Shown here in pieces: positions 11,701 to 23,049 of a DNA stretch of 36,008 bases. Each line of letters starts with the position of its first letter. Within the stretch, counting starts at the first letter, position 1. The stretch lies in NCBI GenBank assembly GCA_010093705.1, contig MU006109.1, forward strand, positions 186,001 through 222,008, in the 5' to 3' direction. The notes beneath the pieces were generated by a model. It saw only the letters and a program-made list of their open reading frames with translations. It made no database searches and was not told the DNA's origin. Made by a program: the position numbers and the translations under genes. This DNA comes from Patellaria atrata CBS 101060. Taxonomy: Eukaryota.

Positions 11701-14700
11701 TTCGACGTGCAGGACGTATTGAACCCACGGATTCTCGAGGTGTAATAAACTCACTAACGATACTCAACCTAAATGGACTCACACATTCGCTTCTATCCAG
11801 TGATAGCTTCAGAGGCGCTGGGACAAACACTGTAGAGAGTACTTTGAACGTCGCCCGGAAACTAGAGCAATGGGACATACGTGCCCCGGAAGCAAGCTTG
11901 ACAGAGTCTAGCACCATTTTCAAAGCTTTTCAAGGCTTGAAAAGCTCCTCAACGCGAGTTGCGGTCAACACCCATCTCGACAATGCACTCCTTCAAGCCA
12001 TGAAGTTCCTAGATAGCTCTGCAAAGCGCTCGTTATCGATCCAGCCGCCTTTGCGGAGTCTAGCAGTGCTTTCCGAAATACATGATGTATTAGGTTCCGA
12101 AAATAGTGAGCACTTACAGGAGACATGGCGAACCATCCAACAGCGTCAAAATTGGATGCAAGCTGGGCAGTAAGTAGCCGTGTCCTTATCCGTCGCATTT
12201 GCTGACCATTGTGAAGTTTTGAAGATGTTCGTCCGCTGCTCTCATCGAGAGAAATTCTCTTTAGTGTCCTAAGCAGTAATAACTCACTTCAAGAGATAAC
12301 ACGCACAGGGCCAAAAGACTTACGGAAGATGGAAGTCCAGGCTTTACTCGCTGCATCAGCTATATACAGGAAACATGGCGCTCTTCAAGAATCGCTGGCT
12401 AGCGCGTCGTATCTTTCCGATCTAATTCCCCTCTGTAAGGATTCCGGAATCGATATCGAAGCTATATCTAAGAACGAGATCGCTAGCGTCCTTTGGGATC
12501 AAGGTGAGATGACTGCCTCAGTAAGGATGTTACAAGAGATCAATCTCGGTGATAAACTGGTTGAAAGCGATGGAGGATTAGGTAGATCATCAATTTTGGC
12601 ACAATTGGTAAGTGAACCTGCCGTTGAGGTGTTCCATCGCTCATCGTTATAGGCTCGTCGTATGGCAGACGCTAGATTAGAGAAGCCTGAGGAAATCATG
12701 AAACGCTACCTTCTTCCCGCAATAAACTATCTCAAAGACAATGAACAGGGAGAAGAACCTGGGCGTGTATTCCATCAATTCGCTGCCTACTGTGATGCTC
12801 AGCTTCAGAACCCGGACATGATCGAAGAATTAAACCGAGTCGCAAAGCTCCGTGATCATCAGAAAGCAGACATGGACGCATACGAAGAAATTGCACGGTC
12901 TCCAAGAAATAAACAGGAGAAACATATAGCACTTAGAGGCGTTAGAACAGCAAGAAAGAGATACGAGATGGATAGACACGACTATGATGTGTTATACCGG
13001 GTGCGACAGAACTTCCTAAAGCAAAGTTTAGAAAATTACCTTTTAAGTTTGAAGGCTAGCGATGAACATGATACGGATGTCATGCGCGTATTTGCCTTGT
13101 GGTTAGAGTACGCGGATATGAATCTGGCGAATGATGCTATGAAGAAACACTTATCATCGGTTCCAAGTCGGAAATTCGCAGCTTTGATGATTCAACTCTC
13201 ATCCAGACTGCAAGCGGAAAAAAGCGAGTTCCAAACCCTTCTCTCTGATCTCGTGTTCCGCATCTGTTCAGACCATCCGTATCATGGCATGTCATACATA
13301 TACGCTGGCTCTAGCTCATCATCCGAGAATAAAGACGACTCTTTAATGTCCCGAACCAGAGCGGTGAAGGATATCTCCATTCGACTGAGGAATGACAGAC
13401 GTGCTGGCCGGTTCTGGCACTCTATCCAACATGCAAATACTCACTATAAGAACTTGGCATTCCATAAGGACGATCGCGAGTACAAACCCGGCAGAAAGAT
13501 GAAAATGAGCAAGTTCGAAGTCTCATCAGAAATGATAAGTAAGATACCCTCGTATAAAGTGCCGCCAGCGACGATGAGCATCGAACTTCGCGCAGATGGC
13601 GACTACAGCGCTGTCCCCATAATCACTTCGTTTGTAGACGAGATGTCGATTGCGAATGGGCTCAGTCAACCGAAAATCGTTACCGCCATCGCTTCGAATG
13701 GCATGTCATATAAGCAATTGTTCAAATCGGGCAATGATGACATGCGTCAAGATGCCATTATGGAGCAGGTTTTTGAGGAATCTTCCAAGCTGCTCAGATC
13801 ACATCCGACTACTCGACAACGCTCTATCAACATCAGAACATACAAAGTCTTACCCCTAAATTCTACTTCAGGCATCATCGAATTTGTTTCGAGCACAATC
13901 CCGATCATGGTATACCTGCAGCCCGCCCATGAGCGTTATTATCCAAGAGATCTCAAATGGAATATTTGCCGTCACAAAATTAGTGAAGCCGCAACGCACT
14001 CTACTGAAGATCGTGTCAAGGTCTACCGTGCCGTTGAAGAGCGCTTCCACCCCATCATGCGCTACTTCTTCTTTGAACGCTTCAAAGATCCCGACGAGTG
14101 GTTCGAGAAACGACTCGCATACGTGCGCTCCACAGCCGCAATTTCCATGCTCGGCCACGTTATTGGTCTCGGCGACCGGCATTGCCACAACATCCTGCTC
14201 GACGAGAAGAGCGGCGAGGTCGTACACATCGACTTGGGCGTCGCATTCGAAAGCGGACGTCTCCTCCCCATCCCCGAAGTCGTCCCCTTCCGTTTGACCC
14301 GCGACCTCGTCGACGGCATGGGGTATGCCCGTACCGAAGGCGTCTTTCGCCGCTGCTGCGAGTTCACGATGGACACACTACACGAGGAGAAGGAGAGCAT
14401 CATGACTCTGCTGAATGTGCTGCGATACGATCCGCTGTACAATTGGAGCGCATCGCCACGCAAGGCAAAGAAGATGCAAGAGGAGCGTGAGGGGAGAGAC
14501 GATGGCCATGGGGTTGAGGAGCAGTTACTGAAGGATAGCGCAAAGAAGCAGGATGAGACGGGCGAGGCGGGGAGAGCGTTGAGTGTGGTCGAGAAAAAGC
14601 TGAGTAAGACGCTGAGCACTGCGGCAACGGTTAATGATCTTATCCAGCAGGCGACGGATGAGAGGAATCTGGCGTTGTTGTATTCAGGTGAGTCTTGTTC

Positions 14701-14757
14701 TATCTTCGGCATGTGTTTTCATGGCTAACGTGTTTAGGATGGGGCGCATATGCGTAG
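5703..14757 (+). CDS. TEL1: Tel1/ATM PIKK-family Ser/Thr kinase, about 2918 aa; exons 5703-5733, 5786-7250, 7304-7644, 7696-12169, 12217-12607, 12653-14687, 14738-14757
   Basis: N-terminal TAN-like motif (ITSLRLRDRTEGL), FAT region (IYKNIDEPDSFYGV), kinase motifs (LFKSGNDDMRQD, GLGDRHCHNILLD, HIDLG, PEVVPFRLTRD) and FATC end ([22 protein letters not shown]). Six introns (5734-5785, 7251-7303, 7645-7695, 12170-12216, 12608-12652, 14688-14737) join four ORF-track fragments into 8757 nt in frame. Confidence 0.96.
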
Positions 14758-15981
14758 GCACAACTACAGTGCAATCGGTGCATAACTCTCTGGATTCCTT
14801 GATGGCGCTTCGTATTGGAGTTATCATTTCGTTGTATATCAATTTGTATCCTTAGGGAAGTAAATATCACAGCGCGCACACACTTTCTGTCAAACACGTA
14901 TTTTCACGTTATCATATGGGCACGGTGCGGGTAAACCTCGTTTATACCTTCATCCTTATTTAGGAAGTCGTTGATACAAAAGTTAATCAATAAAACCATC
15001 GTAGTCAAAACCCACATGATTGTGCCATGAACATTCTCTCTGCTACCCATTCCCTTAACCGATACCTAAGCGGGGAAACATGGGAGTATTTGACTAATCC
15101 CGTATCTTTTCCGCCTCTTCAACACTAATCGATCATGTGTCTCCCTGTCACAGAACTCTCAGCTTACGGTTATCCTATTTTCAATGCTATGTTCGTACGT
15201 AGAGCATACACCAGCTGACCCGTGTCAACGGTGGCACAGGAAAAGACGCATCATCAGGCCGTCACCTACAGAGGAGTATCCCACCAGTTCCAGTCCTTGA
15301 TTCTCGTCGACGAGTATGCAAGTATCGCAACTTAGCACTGAGTTGTGCTGTGTCGCCGATAGGAGCTCGTCTCCCGTGCTTCGAATATCGTGAGTCCCAC
15401 TTTGCTTTCATGCGCAATCCCGCTGGTGGTGACGAGGTTTCGGCAGGACGTACGGAGCTCACTCCGCGATTTTGTCGTAGATATATGATATACATCTCTT
15501 AATACCCACTCCGCTGTCGCGGAACGCCATTATACAGCACAGAGTCTTCCACATAATCCTGACTCTGCCGTACAGAACATGTGGATCGGATAAACTACCT
15601 CCAACCGTATGAATGTTAGGTTGTACCGCTCGTGGCGATCAAAGAGTACTCCGAGTCCAAGAGTAGGCCTTACCAAATACAAGACCTGTATTGCATCCGA
15701 GTAGTGCCAGTTGCGGGTGAGCGAGCAAGAAGTATATCTACCGATAGCTGGCCAGTATCTTCAGCGACCAGCACCTCTCTTCTGCTCATCCCGCGCGTAG
15801 TCAACCGGAATGTACCTGTACAAATATCTGATCTGTATAGCTCATGGAGATCTGTCCCCTACTCTCTGACTTGAGGGTACACCGATGTGGTGTGGCAAGC
15901 GTACACTAGCCAAAGAGCACCACCTAAAATCGCCGAGATGATGGTGCTTCATAACGAAACATGTCTAGGAAATTTTAGTGG

Positions 15982-18099
15982 TCAGTACGCCGTATCCACC
16001 CTGACCGGTTTCAACTGGCTCACCCTCTTCTCAGCCTCTCCTTCAAAAATAATCTGCAAACCCTTGTCCTCGTGCGCCCTCACGCTGACCGGTGCCCTAA
16101 ACGTCGCCATCGTCCTAATCCCAGTACTCGTATTCTTCAGCACCTGAGGCCGTTCCGAATTCAGTGCTAGCGCCGTGACCTCCGCGACTGTATCCCAGCA
16201 ACTCGAACTAGCCCCCGAAATCAACGCGTAGCACACAAACCCTAGTGCAAAGGCGCAGTACAGTGCTAGAACGCTGATTGCGATTTTAACACCAACACCA
16301 TCCATATTGTACGCGTACCCAGCTGCCGTAACTTCAACGCCCATCTCGAAACTTTCGTCAGATCGGAAATTATTGATGGTGAAATTTCCATACTGCGACC
16401 CGGCGCCGATTTGTACCGTTCCGGCTCTGCAGCCCTGGGCGCATGTGTACTGCGTGCGAAATGTGGCTCCTATGTTTGTCCCCCGGCGTGGGAAGTAGGC
16501 CGCCATACCGCCAGCGAGGAGACCAGAGATGATCTTCTGGGAAAGCATGGGGATGGAGTCAAGAGACCATGCTAACCGGAGCACACTGGGAGAGTTGAGG
16601 CCTTCAGCGGGGATTCGCTTGGCCCACTCGCGGGATATATGGACGATGGAAGGGACAGAGGAGGGCGTGAACGTCCATTTGGTGTGGTTGAAGGAGAATT
16701 CGTTTACGGAACCGAGAACTTGTTCGGAGGTGGACATTAGAATAGTATCCGCTGGAGATGCCCATGCAGCTCTTACTGAACAAGCAGCAGCTACGACACC
16801 GTTGGCTGGGGTAGTGTTGAACTGGGGTTGAGGGATGGAGGGTGGCAGTGGCCACCAATTCTTTGGAAATAGAACAATAGCTAGCACCGAGAAATTATTT
16901 TGAGAAGAAACTTCGGGCTCTTCCCAGATGAATCTACTCCCCTCACTTCGTTGAGCCATACTCCATACATCTGCTTCCAATAGTAGCCTCGATGCGAAGG
17001 TCGGGTTTAGAGTGTTCCCAAACCTCACGATAGCAGAAGTGCTATTCTGCAAAGCGATAAATGGACGACAATCAGTCTGCACGAACGGTTGAGGTGGCCT
17101 GGACTTCAACTTCACCATCACATCATTGTCTGCTGGCATCCTCACCCATACCCCTTGCCACCAAGCCTTCGACCACGATGCCAGCGCATCCGCAACGAGC
17201 AGGCTCTGAGTAGTAGCAGTCATTGTATCCGTCTCCCTGGAAAACGTGAGGCTCCTACTCGTAGCCGAGCCAATGGATTGAACGGAGCCTGGATTTTCTT
17301 CCTCAAGGTAACGCAATACAGTTTGCCACTCACTGCCAAGCAAACACTGAGAATTTAATTCTTTACCCAGAAATTCAGCTGTTAAGCACGAATTATTAGC
17401 AATCTCGCTGGTGAGTTGACTTGGAAACATTTCTCGCCTGGAATACGGGAAAGTGATGATAGCAGAGCCGAAGAGAAAATCTCGTTGACGAGGTATCATA
17501 GCTACGGCGCTGGATGGACCTACTACGGCGGCTAAGATCAAGCTAAAGAATACCAAGGAAGCGAATAGTATCCTACGATGGCCTTGTAGACAAGACGCTG
17601 AAATTGATGCCCAAAACTCAAGTGACCATAGGTAACTAATATGCGAGACCTGGAGAGCGGAAAATAGGGCACCGAAGGGCATATTTTCATTAAATGTTAT
17701 TTCATGCCGTACATACTCTAGTACTACGGCAGCAATAGACGCTTGCATAAGAAGTCCATGAGCGGTGGCCACATACTGGAGTGAGGAAATCCATAAGAAA
17801 TCGCTACCAATGAACTGAGGAGAGGCGTTTAGACTGAAGATGATCGCACATCCTGCAATAGGAGCAAGGTGGACAGACGAGCGGATGAGACTAACCAGTC
17901 TGTCATGGCGGAATGCAATCTTTGGTTTCTCCTGGCGGGCACAAAAGGGTTGGACGATGACTTTGAGGATGTAAAGATTGAGTGTTTTGAGAAGAAGGCC
18001 GTTAGAACTCTCATATGACTTATCCAGGAGATCCTCCTTTTCTATTCCCGTCTCTTTCGTTGGGTCTACCTCTTCTCGGTAGGAATGTGTGGGTTTCAT
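15982..18099 (-). CDS. Uncharacterised multi-pass membrane glycoprotein, about 705 aa from the first ATG, apparently intronless
   Basis: The open frame of 728 codons starts at GTG 18168 in the ORF track; the first ATG is at 18099. It has N-terminal hydrophobic segments (HLAPIAGCAIIFSL; ILFASLVFFSLILAAVVGPSSAVAMIP), a long central region with several N-x-S/T sequons (NNS, NST, NFS, NTT, NHT, NFT), one C-terminal TM (IAISVLALYCAFALGFVCYALI) and a tail (WDTVAEVTALALNS...NTSTGI). The start is uncertain. Confidence 0.8.
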   Translation of the reverse strand: MKPTHSYREEVDPTKETGIEKEDLLDKSYESSNGLLLKTLNLYILKVIVQPFCARQEKPKIAFRHDRLVSLIRSSVHLAPIAGCAIIFSLNASPQFIGSDFLWISSLQYVATAHGLLMQASIAAVVLEYVRHEITFNENMPFGALFSALQVSHISYLWSLEFWASISASCLQGHRRILFASLVFFSLILAAVVGPSSAVAMIPRQRDFLFGSAIITFPYSRREMFPSQLTSEIANNSCLTAEFLGKELNSQCLLGSEWQTVLRYLEEENPGSVQSIGSATSRSLTFSRETDTMTATTQSLLVADALASWSKAWWQGVWVRMPADNDVMVKLKSRPPQPFVQTDCRPFIALQNSTSAIVRFGNTLNPTFASRLLLEADVWSMAQRSEGSRFIWEEPEVSSQNNFSVLAIVLFPKNWWPLPPSIPQPQFNTTPANGVVAAACSVRAAWASPADTILMSTSEQVLGSVNEFSFNHTKWTFTPSSVPSIVHISREWAKRIPAEGLNSPSVLRLAWSLDSIPMLSQKIISGLLAGGMAAYFPRRGTNIGATFRTQYTCAQGCRAGTVQIGAGSQYGNFTINNFRSDESFEMGVEVTAAGYAYNMDGVGVKIAISVLALYCAFALGFVCYALISGASSSCWDTVAEVTALALNSERPQVLKNTSTGIRTMATFRAPVSVRAHEDKGLQIIFEGEAEKRVSQLKPVRVDTAY

Positions 18100-18940
18100 C
18101 TGGGTGATACGGTATGCCTTGTATGGAGAAATTCCTAAGAAACGACCATCTACGGTATGAGAGGTCACAGGTAGTATTGACTAAAGATTGCGTTTATCTG
18201 AATATTATTGGATCGTCATTTTGTTCTGAGCGCAAAGAGGATTTAGAAAAGCCGTAGAGCATTATATAAATACACGAGCAGACCCACGTAAGTAGAGCAG
18301 AGAAATGACCTTGAGAAAGATATTGGCACATTACTGACTATATGAGAGAAATCTGAAGAATTGATAGCTTAGGAACATAGTTTACGGATAAGAAAAAATG
18401 GAGGATTCGATTGCATGGTTGAACTTGAGACGGATATAGTTCAGCGTTTCAGCCATATGTAGCCACATCAACCTCGCAATCACAACGCAGATAACGACAT
18501 CAAGACGAACGCGAGAAATAGAAGAGGAAATGTAGACGAGACTGTTGGATCCTTCGGAGGTCGCAAGTTCCCAGCTCAATGCTATGGGTGATGTATCACC
18601 TTACCGATAGACACATACTGTGATCTCCATCGGGGACGATACCTTATGATAATATTGCAGCATATGCTTATGACCTATTCATCTGGCGTGGTTCTCCTGG
18701 CTTGCTGTAAGCTCGCACGAAGTACCTCTTTGACCTTGCTGTACAAATTATGACAACCTCATAATGGGCCAAAGTTGATAAGTCACGAAGTGCCACTTGT
18801 AGAACCGGGAGAAATCATTAAAGGGAGTCAAGTAGACATACAGATATGAAGGCGTAGATATGTTGAACCAACGAGCAATGTGTTCCGTCCAGAATTCAAG
18901 ATAGAATTTGTGAGTTTGCGGTGGTCGCCTAAACGGGTTA

Positions 18941-19212
18941 GCCTTCTCCCTTTTGCCATGTTTCTATTTTGATCCTCCCCAAACACTTAAAGCCTCATCT
19001 CGTTTCTTTGACAACAACCCCTCACCCTCGTCTCTCGTTCTTCAACCCATCCGGGTCCTTTCCCTCGTTCATTCCCATAACCGGTCACATCCTATCTACC
19101 AGGCTTCGAAGCCTTCAGCGGACCCTCCATCGGCCGCACAGCGCCTCCCTTCTCCCTTCTCCCTTCCCCCTGCCCTCCTGACCTTCACTTCCTCTCCACC
19201 CTGTAGCCCATC
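18941..19212 (+). promoter_or_regulatory. Pyrimidine (CT)-rich core promoter / 5' UTR of CHS7
   Basis: Strongly C/T-biased stretch directly before ATG 19213, typical of filamentous fungal 5' regions. Confidence 0.5.
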
Positions 19213-20307
19213 ATGGGCTTTGGCGATTTTACCACAATATGCTCGAAAGTAGCACTTCCCCTCTGCTCGCTCGTGGGTCCCCCATCTGCAATCTCGGGCC
19301 GAGTGGGCATCCAGGCGAAATGTTACGCGCGGACGATAGAGCTGGCAAACACCTTGATCTTCCAGGGCGCGGTTGGGTTCACACACATAGCGGCGATGTG
19401 CATGTTGGCAATCATGATTATTCATGTGCGGTCGAAGTTTACTGCTGTTGGTATGGGCCCTCCCTCTCCTAAAAGAAACCCGATATGAGAGCATATGTGG
19501 GTGAAGGAGGCCAAACGCTAATATAAACCTCTAGGCCGAAAGGAAATCACTAGCTTTTTCTACCTCTACATGCTGCTAACCATCTTCTCTCTCATCCTCG
19601 ACACCGGTGTTGTTCCCCCAGGCTCCGGCGCATATCCATACTTCACCAGCGCACAAAACGGCCTCACCTCCGCTCTCTGCACTTGCCTCCTCGTCAATGG
19701 CTTCGTCGGCTTCCAGCTCTACGAAGATGGGACCACCCTTTCCGTCTGGCTCCTACGATTGACCTCCTTCGGCATGTTCATAATCAGCGGTGCCGTCTCC
19801 CTTTTAACCTTTAAAGGATGGGCAGGACTGGGGCCCACCAACACAGTCGGGCTCTTCGTCGTGCTATACGTCTTCAACGCCATCTTCCTCTTCATCTACG
19901 CCGTCATGCAAATCATCCTGGTCGTCAACACACTGCAAGACCGGTGGCCCCTCGGCGACATCGGATTTGGGATCCTCTTCTTCATCCTCGGCCAAGTCAT
20001 ATTATATGTTTTCAGCGACAACATCTGCGAAGGCGCGCAGCACTATCTGGATGGGCTCTTCATCGCGACCATCTTCAATCTGCTCGCCGTCATGATGGTG
20101 TACAAGTACTGGGACTCCATCACCAAGGAGGATCTCGAATTCAGCGTCGGACAGAAGATGAATAATTGGGAGGTCAAGGAACCGCTTGTCGGCGATGAGG
20201 ATAGAAGGACAACGATTTATCAAGACAGTCAAAGTGATTACGCGCCGAGTATGTATCATCAGTCGGGCACGCACCGAAGCTCTAATTATGGGGGGTATGG
20301 TTATTAA
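19213..20307 (+). CDS. CHS7: Chitin synthase export chaperone Chs7, 336 aa; exons 19213-19450, 19535-20307
   Basis: Family motifs MGFGDF..IC, LPLCSLVG, CYARTIELANTLIFQ, RSKFTAVG|RKEI, NGFVGFQLYEDGT and VMMVYKYWDSITKEDLEFSVG. The 84-nt intron 19451-19534 (GTATGG...GCTAAT...CTAG) gives 1011 nt in frame. Confidence 0.96.
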
Positions 20308-20841
20308 TATGGGACGTTAAGTTAGGATTTTATCTAGTCTTGCGAAAGATTCTTAAGGCATTGGGCGGAGAATTGGGCGTTTTGGTGCTGAAAGAGTTCT
20401 TTAAAAAGCTAGGGTCCATTTTTTTTTCTTTACCCGTGGAAACCACCTTCTATAAGGAGCTGTTTTGTGGACCGTAGCTATATCAATATCTATTGTATGT
20501 AGTTGTAATCGAAGAATCAATTTGCTGCATATCACTCAGAGATATGATGGGCATGGTATCAGAAAGTTCGTTTTAATTCGGAGGATGTTCGTACACGTTG
20601 CATTACCCCTTTGTTCAAACTCCTAATCTTAGAGGAACAAATACCTTCAAATACTTTACGGACCCATTGGACATTTGAAGTACTGTAATTCAAGAACAAA
20701 CAGCAACATCACCACTAAAAGCAACACCATCAGCGCCACCGAAACACTTGGTATCCCAGTAAAAGTAGCCACAGCAAGACATAACGCCATCCCGCATGCA
20801 AGTCTTAAAACCTGCTGTGCTAATCTGCAGGAAAGACGCGC

Positions 20842-22594
20842 TCACTTCCTATATCCGATGGGAGTCTTGCGCCACATCCCCGGCCTGCGCTCAAAGCTAC
20901 AATGTTGTAAGCAATCGTTCTTGTAAACCATTGGGAGACATACCCCTTATATCCTTCCCAGAACACCATCTGCGCTCCATTGGCGGCTCCAGCGGAAGAG
21001 CTCTCGGAGCCTATTTCCATGTCCTCGTCCACTGTGGGGTGGCTGCTCTGGACAGGAGGCATCGTCTCTTTATTCTCTGCAGGGGGACGGGTCTCTGTCG
21101 TCATCTGGTTCCCATTGCTCTCTGCAAGACCAGCGCTCGGAGCGGCCGTCGGCGCCTCCTTGTTTTCTGTAGGATGGTGGTCCTCGACGGCAATCCCACG
21201 TGATTCAGGAGTGCTCCCGCCGCTTCCAGGGCGAGAGCTTTCAGTGATCGTAAGCGTAGAGCCAGTAGAGCCCTTACGCTCCATGGAGAGTAGCGTCATA
21301 TCCACCTCCGGCCAGCATGCGCTATACGGCTTGACCCAGCCCTTCTTGAAGAGACGGTTGCCTTTTAGGAGCAGTATGCTACCCAGTTGCATACCCCAGA
21401 AAACTGGGTACAGGCAGCAGATGCTCATGACGCCTTCATACAGCGTGCTTACGCTACGTTTGCGGACTTCTTTCCACGGGTCCTCCACGAGGATGTGGAC
21501 GAGCCATGCGTGCATTGCCTCTCGGAAGGGGTCTAGCTTCACATCTAGCATGGAGTGCTCCGTCATGAGTTGTGCCATCCGTTCGACGAGGAGAAGGAGA
21601 AATGGTCGTTGGTATCGCGTTATGCGGTGGAGAAAGTCATCCCAAACGCGGAATGCAACGTACATTGGTGAACCGAGCCTGCTGAGAATGATTAGAAAAG
21701 GATCGTCTTGGGATGTCAGCAACGTGCGTCTTATCAGAGGGCACGATCATGCCGCTGGCTACAAGAAGTTCGACGAGGGTGGAAATATTCTGCTTGTTGT
21801 CTTTGCAGAGGTCCACGATCTCCGGGCATGCTTTGGCGGCAGCGGGGCTTGGGGTGTCTGGAAGCTTGATTTTCTTCTTGATCTCTACTGTCCTTGCTTG
21901 CTTGAATGTCCGAAGAACCTCAATAAGTTGCTCTCTGATAGCGAAAGACAGTAGGTTCTCGGAAGTCAGCAGCCCCCTTGAAGCTGTCATAGCCTGATCA
22001 AGTCGGGACCAGTGCTTGTCCCATAGCCATTCTAATGCAAGTCTATTTGATTCTTCTAGACGACGAATACTGGGCAAAGCGCCATGAGTTAATTCATGGC
22101 GTAACTGCACTAGTGACTTATCTAAACCTATGATTGTTGCCATATCGAACATCGTTTGTTTAACGTAAAAGGCTTGTTGCGAATCACAAAAGCCAGTAAC
22201 AAACCTAGAGATACGTAAGTCCGTACGTGATACCTAATGCGACATATCATATTGCGTGGGGGATACATACCTGCTGACTGCACTTGCGTGCACGCCTCGG
22301 ATTGAGGGAATGGACATCTGTCCACGGTCATGCTGTACCTGAGCATCAACGAGTAGTGCTGTAGACTCAATGACTAGAGGAAGCGTGCCACCTCTTGACT
22401 TCAACGCAAAAGCCTAAAAAAAGAAATCAATGACTATTGGGAGATGAGATTTATTGTAGCGGAAAGTTTGCTACCTCAGCGACTGCGTCACTGCGTTCAT
22501 CTGGCCGATTCGAGTTGGGCTTCCAGTAAAACCTGGCTCGTAGCTCCAGCAAATCTGCTGGGCTATGCCAGGGGAAAATCATGAACTTTGGCAT
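20842..22594 (-). CDS. LAS1: Las1 HEPN endoribonuclease (pre-rRNA ITS2 processing), about 509-510 aa; exons 22594-22475, 22413-22271, 22204-21728, 21678(or 21681)-20944, 20896-20842
   Basis: Spliced product reads MPKFMIFPWHSPADLLELRARFY...SRGGTLPLVIESTALLVDA...RFVTGFCD...LVQLRHELTHGALPS (HEPN RxxxxH)...ALEWLWDKHW...WRKTPIGYRK*. Introns 22474-22414, 22270-22205, 21727-21679 (GC donor) and 20943-20897 keep a single frame. Confidence 0.9.
21679..21727 (-). other. GC-AG intron (LAS1 intron 3) with tandem CAGCAG acceptor
   Basis: Donor AC|GCACGT, branch CTAAT, acceptors ending at 21682 and 21679. It is the only junction I found that joins ORFs 21637..22152 and 20820..21722 in frame. Confidence 0.75.
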
Positions 22595-22655
22595 TTCTGC
22601 AAGCTGATGTTCATAACTCCGATATTCACGATGCAAGACTTTAGGTTGTGCGCAT

Positions 22656-22695
22656 GACGCGAAGTGGATTCTGTGGTGTTGAGTTGGACGCGAAG
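22656..22695 (+). promoter_or_regulatory. Two copies of GACGCGAAG (MCB-like) upstream of LAS1
   Basis: Exact 9-mers at 22656-22664 and 22687-22695, 62-101 bp upstream of the LAS1 ATG. Confidence 0.4.
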
Positions 22696-23049
22696 AAAGT
22701 TTCGTCAGGGTTGAAGAAGTTGAATATAATAAATTAGAACTAAAGCACAACCCTGTCTCGCTAAATAGAAGCTTAAAGCTTAATTAACGGCTAACCTTGA
22801 CGACATCAAGACTCGTTCCGTCTATATTGTCACTATAGTCAAGGAGTCGTCGATTTTTACGTCTGTACTTTACAATAGACCGCATGGACCTATATTTATT
22901 GCTACATCTACTAATTAGACTATGAAATGATTCACATCTAATTTATAAGGGTATCTCGATAGTAAAATTCCGACCCACTAGACTCATACAATTCTCCTGA
23001 TAAACGCCGACGCTATGCTGTAATTTTCAAATGTTGACCTATGCTCTTT

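Noticed and set aside
14062..14712. 216-aa antisense ORF within the TEL1 kinase region
   Set aside because: Shadow of GC3-rich codons in a highly conserved sense frame; no independent protein features.
5800..14728. TEL1 split over four ORFs, suggesting frameshifts or a pseudogene
   Set aside because: All breaks are explained by short introns that restore one continuous frame.
20980..21954. 324-aa plus-strand ORF
   Set aside because: Antisense shadow of LAS1 exons 3-4, with a TTG start and no motifs.
21990..22152. HEPN RxxxxH motif as a possible toxin or defence nuclease
   Set aside because: Flanking motifs identify it as housekeeping Las1.
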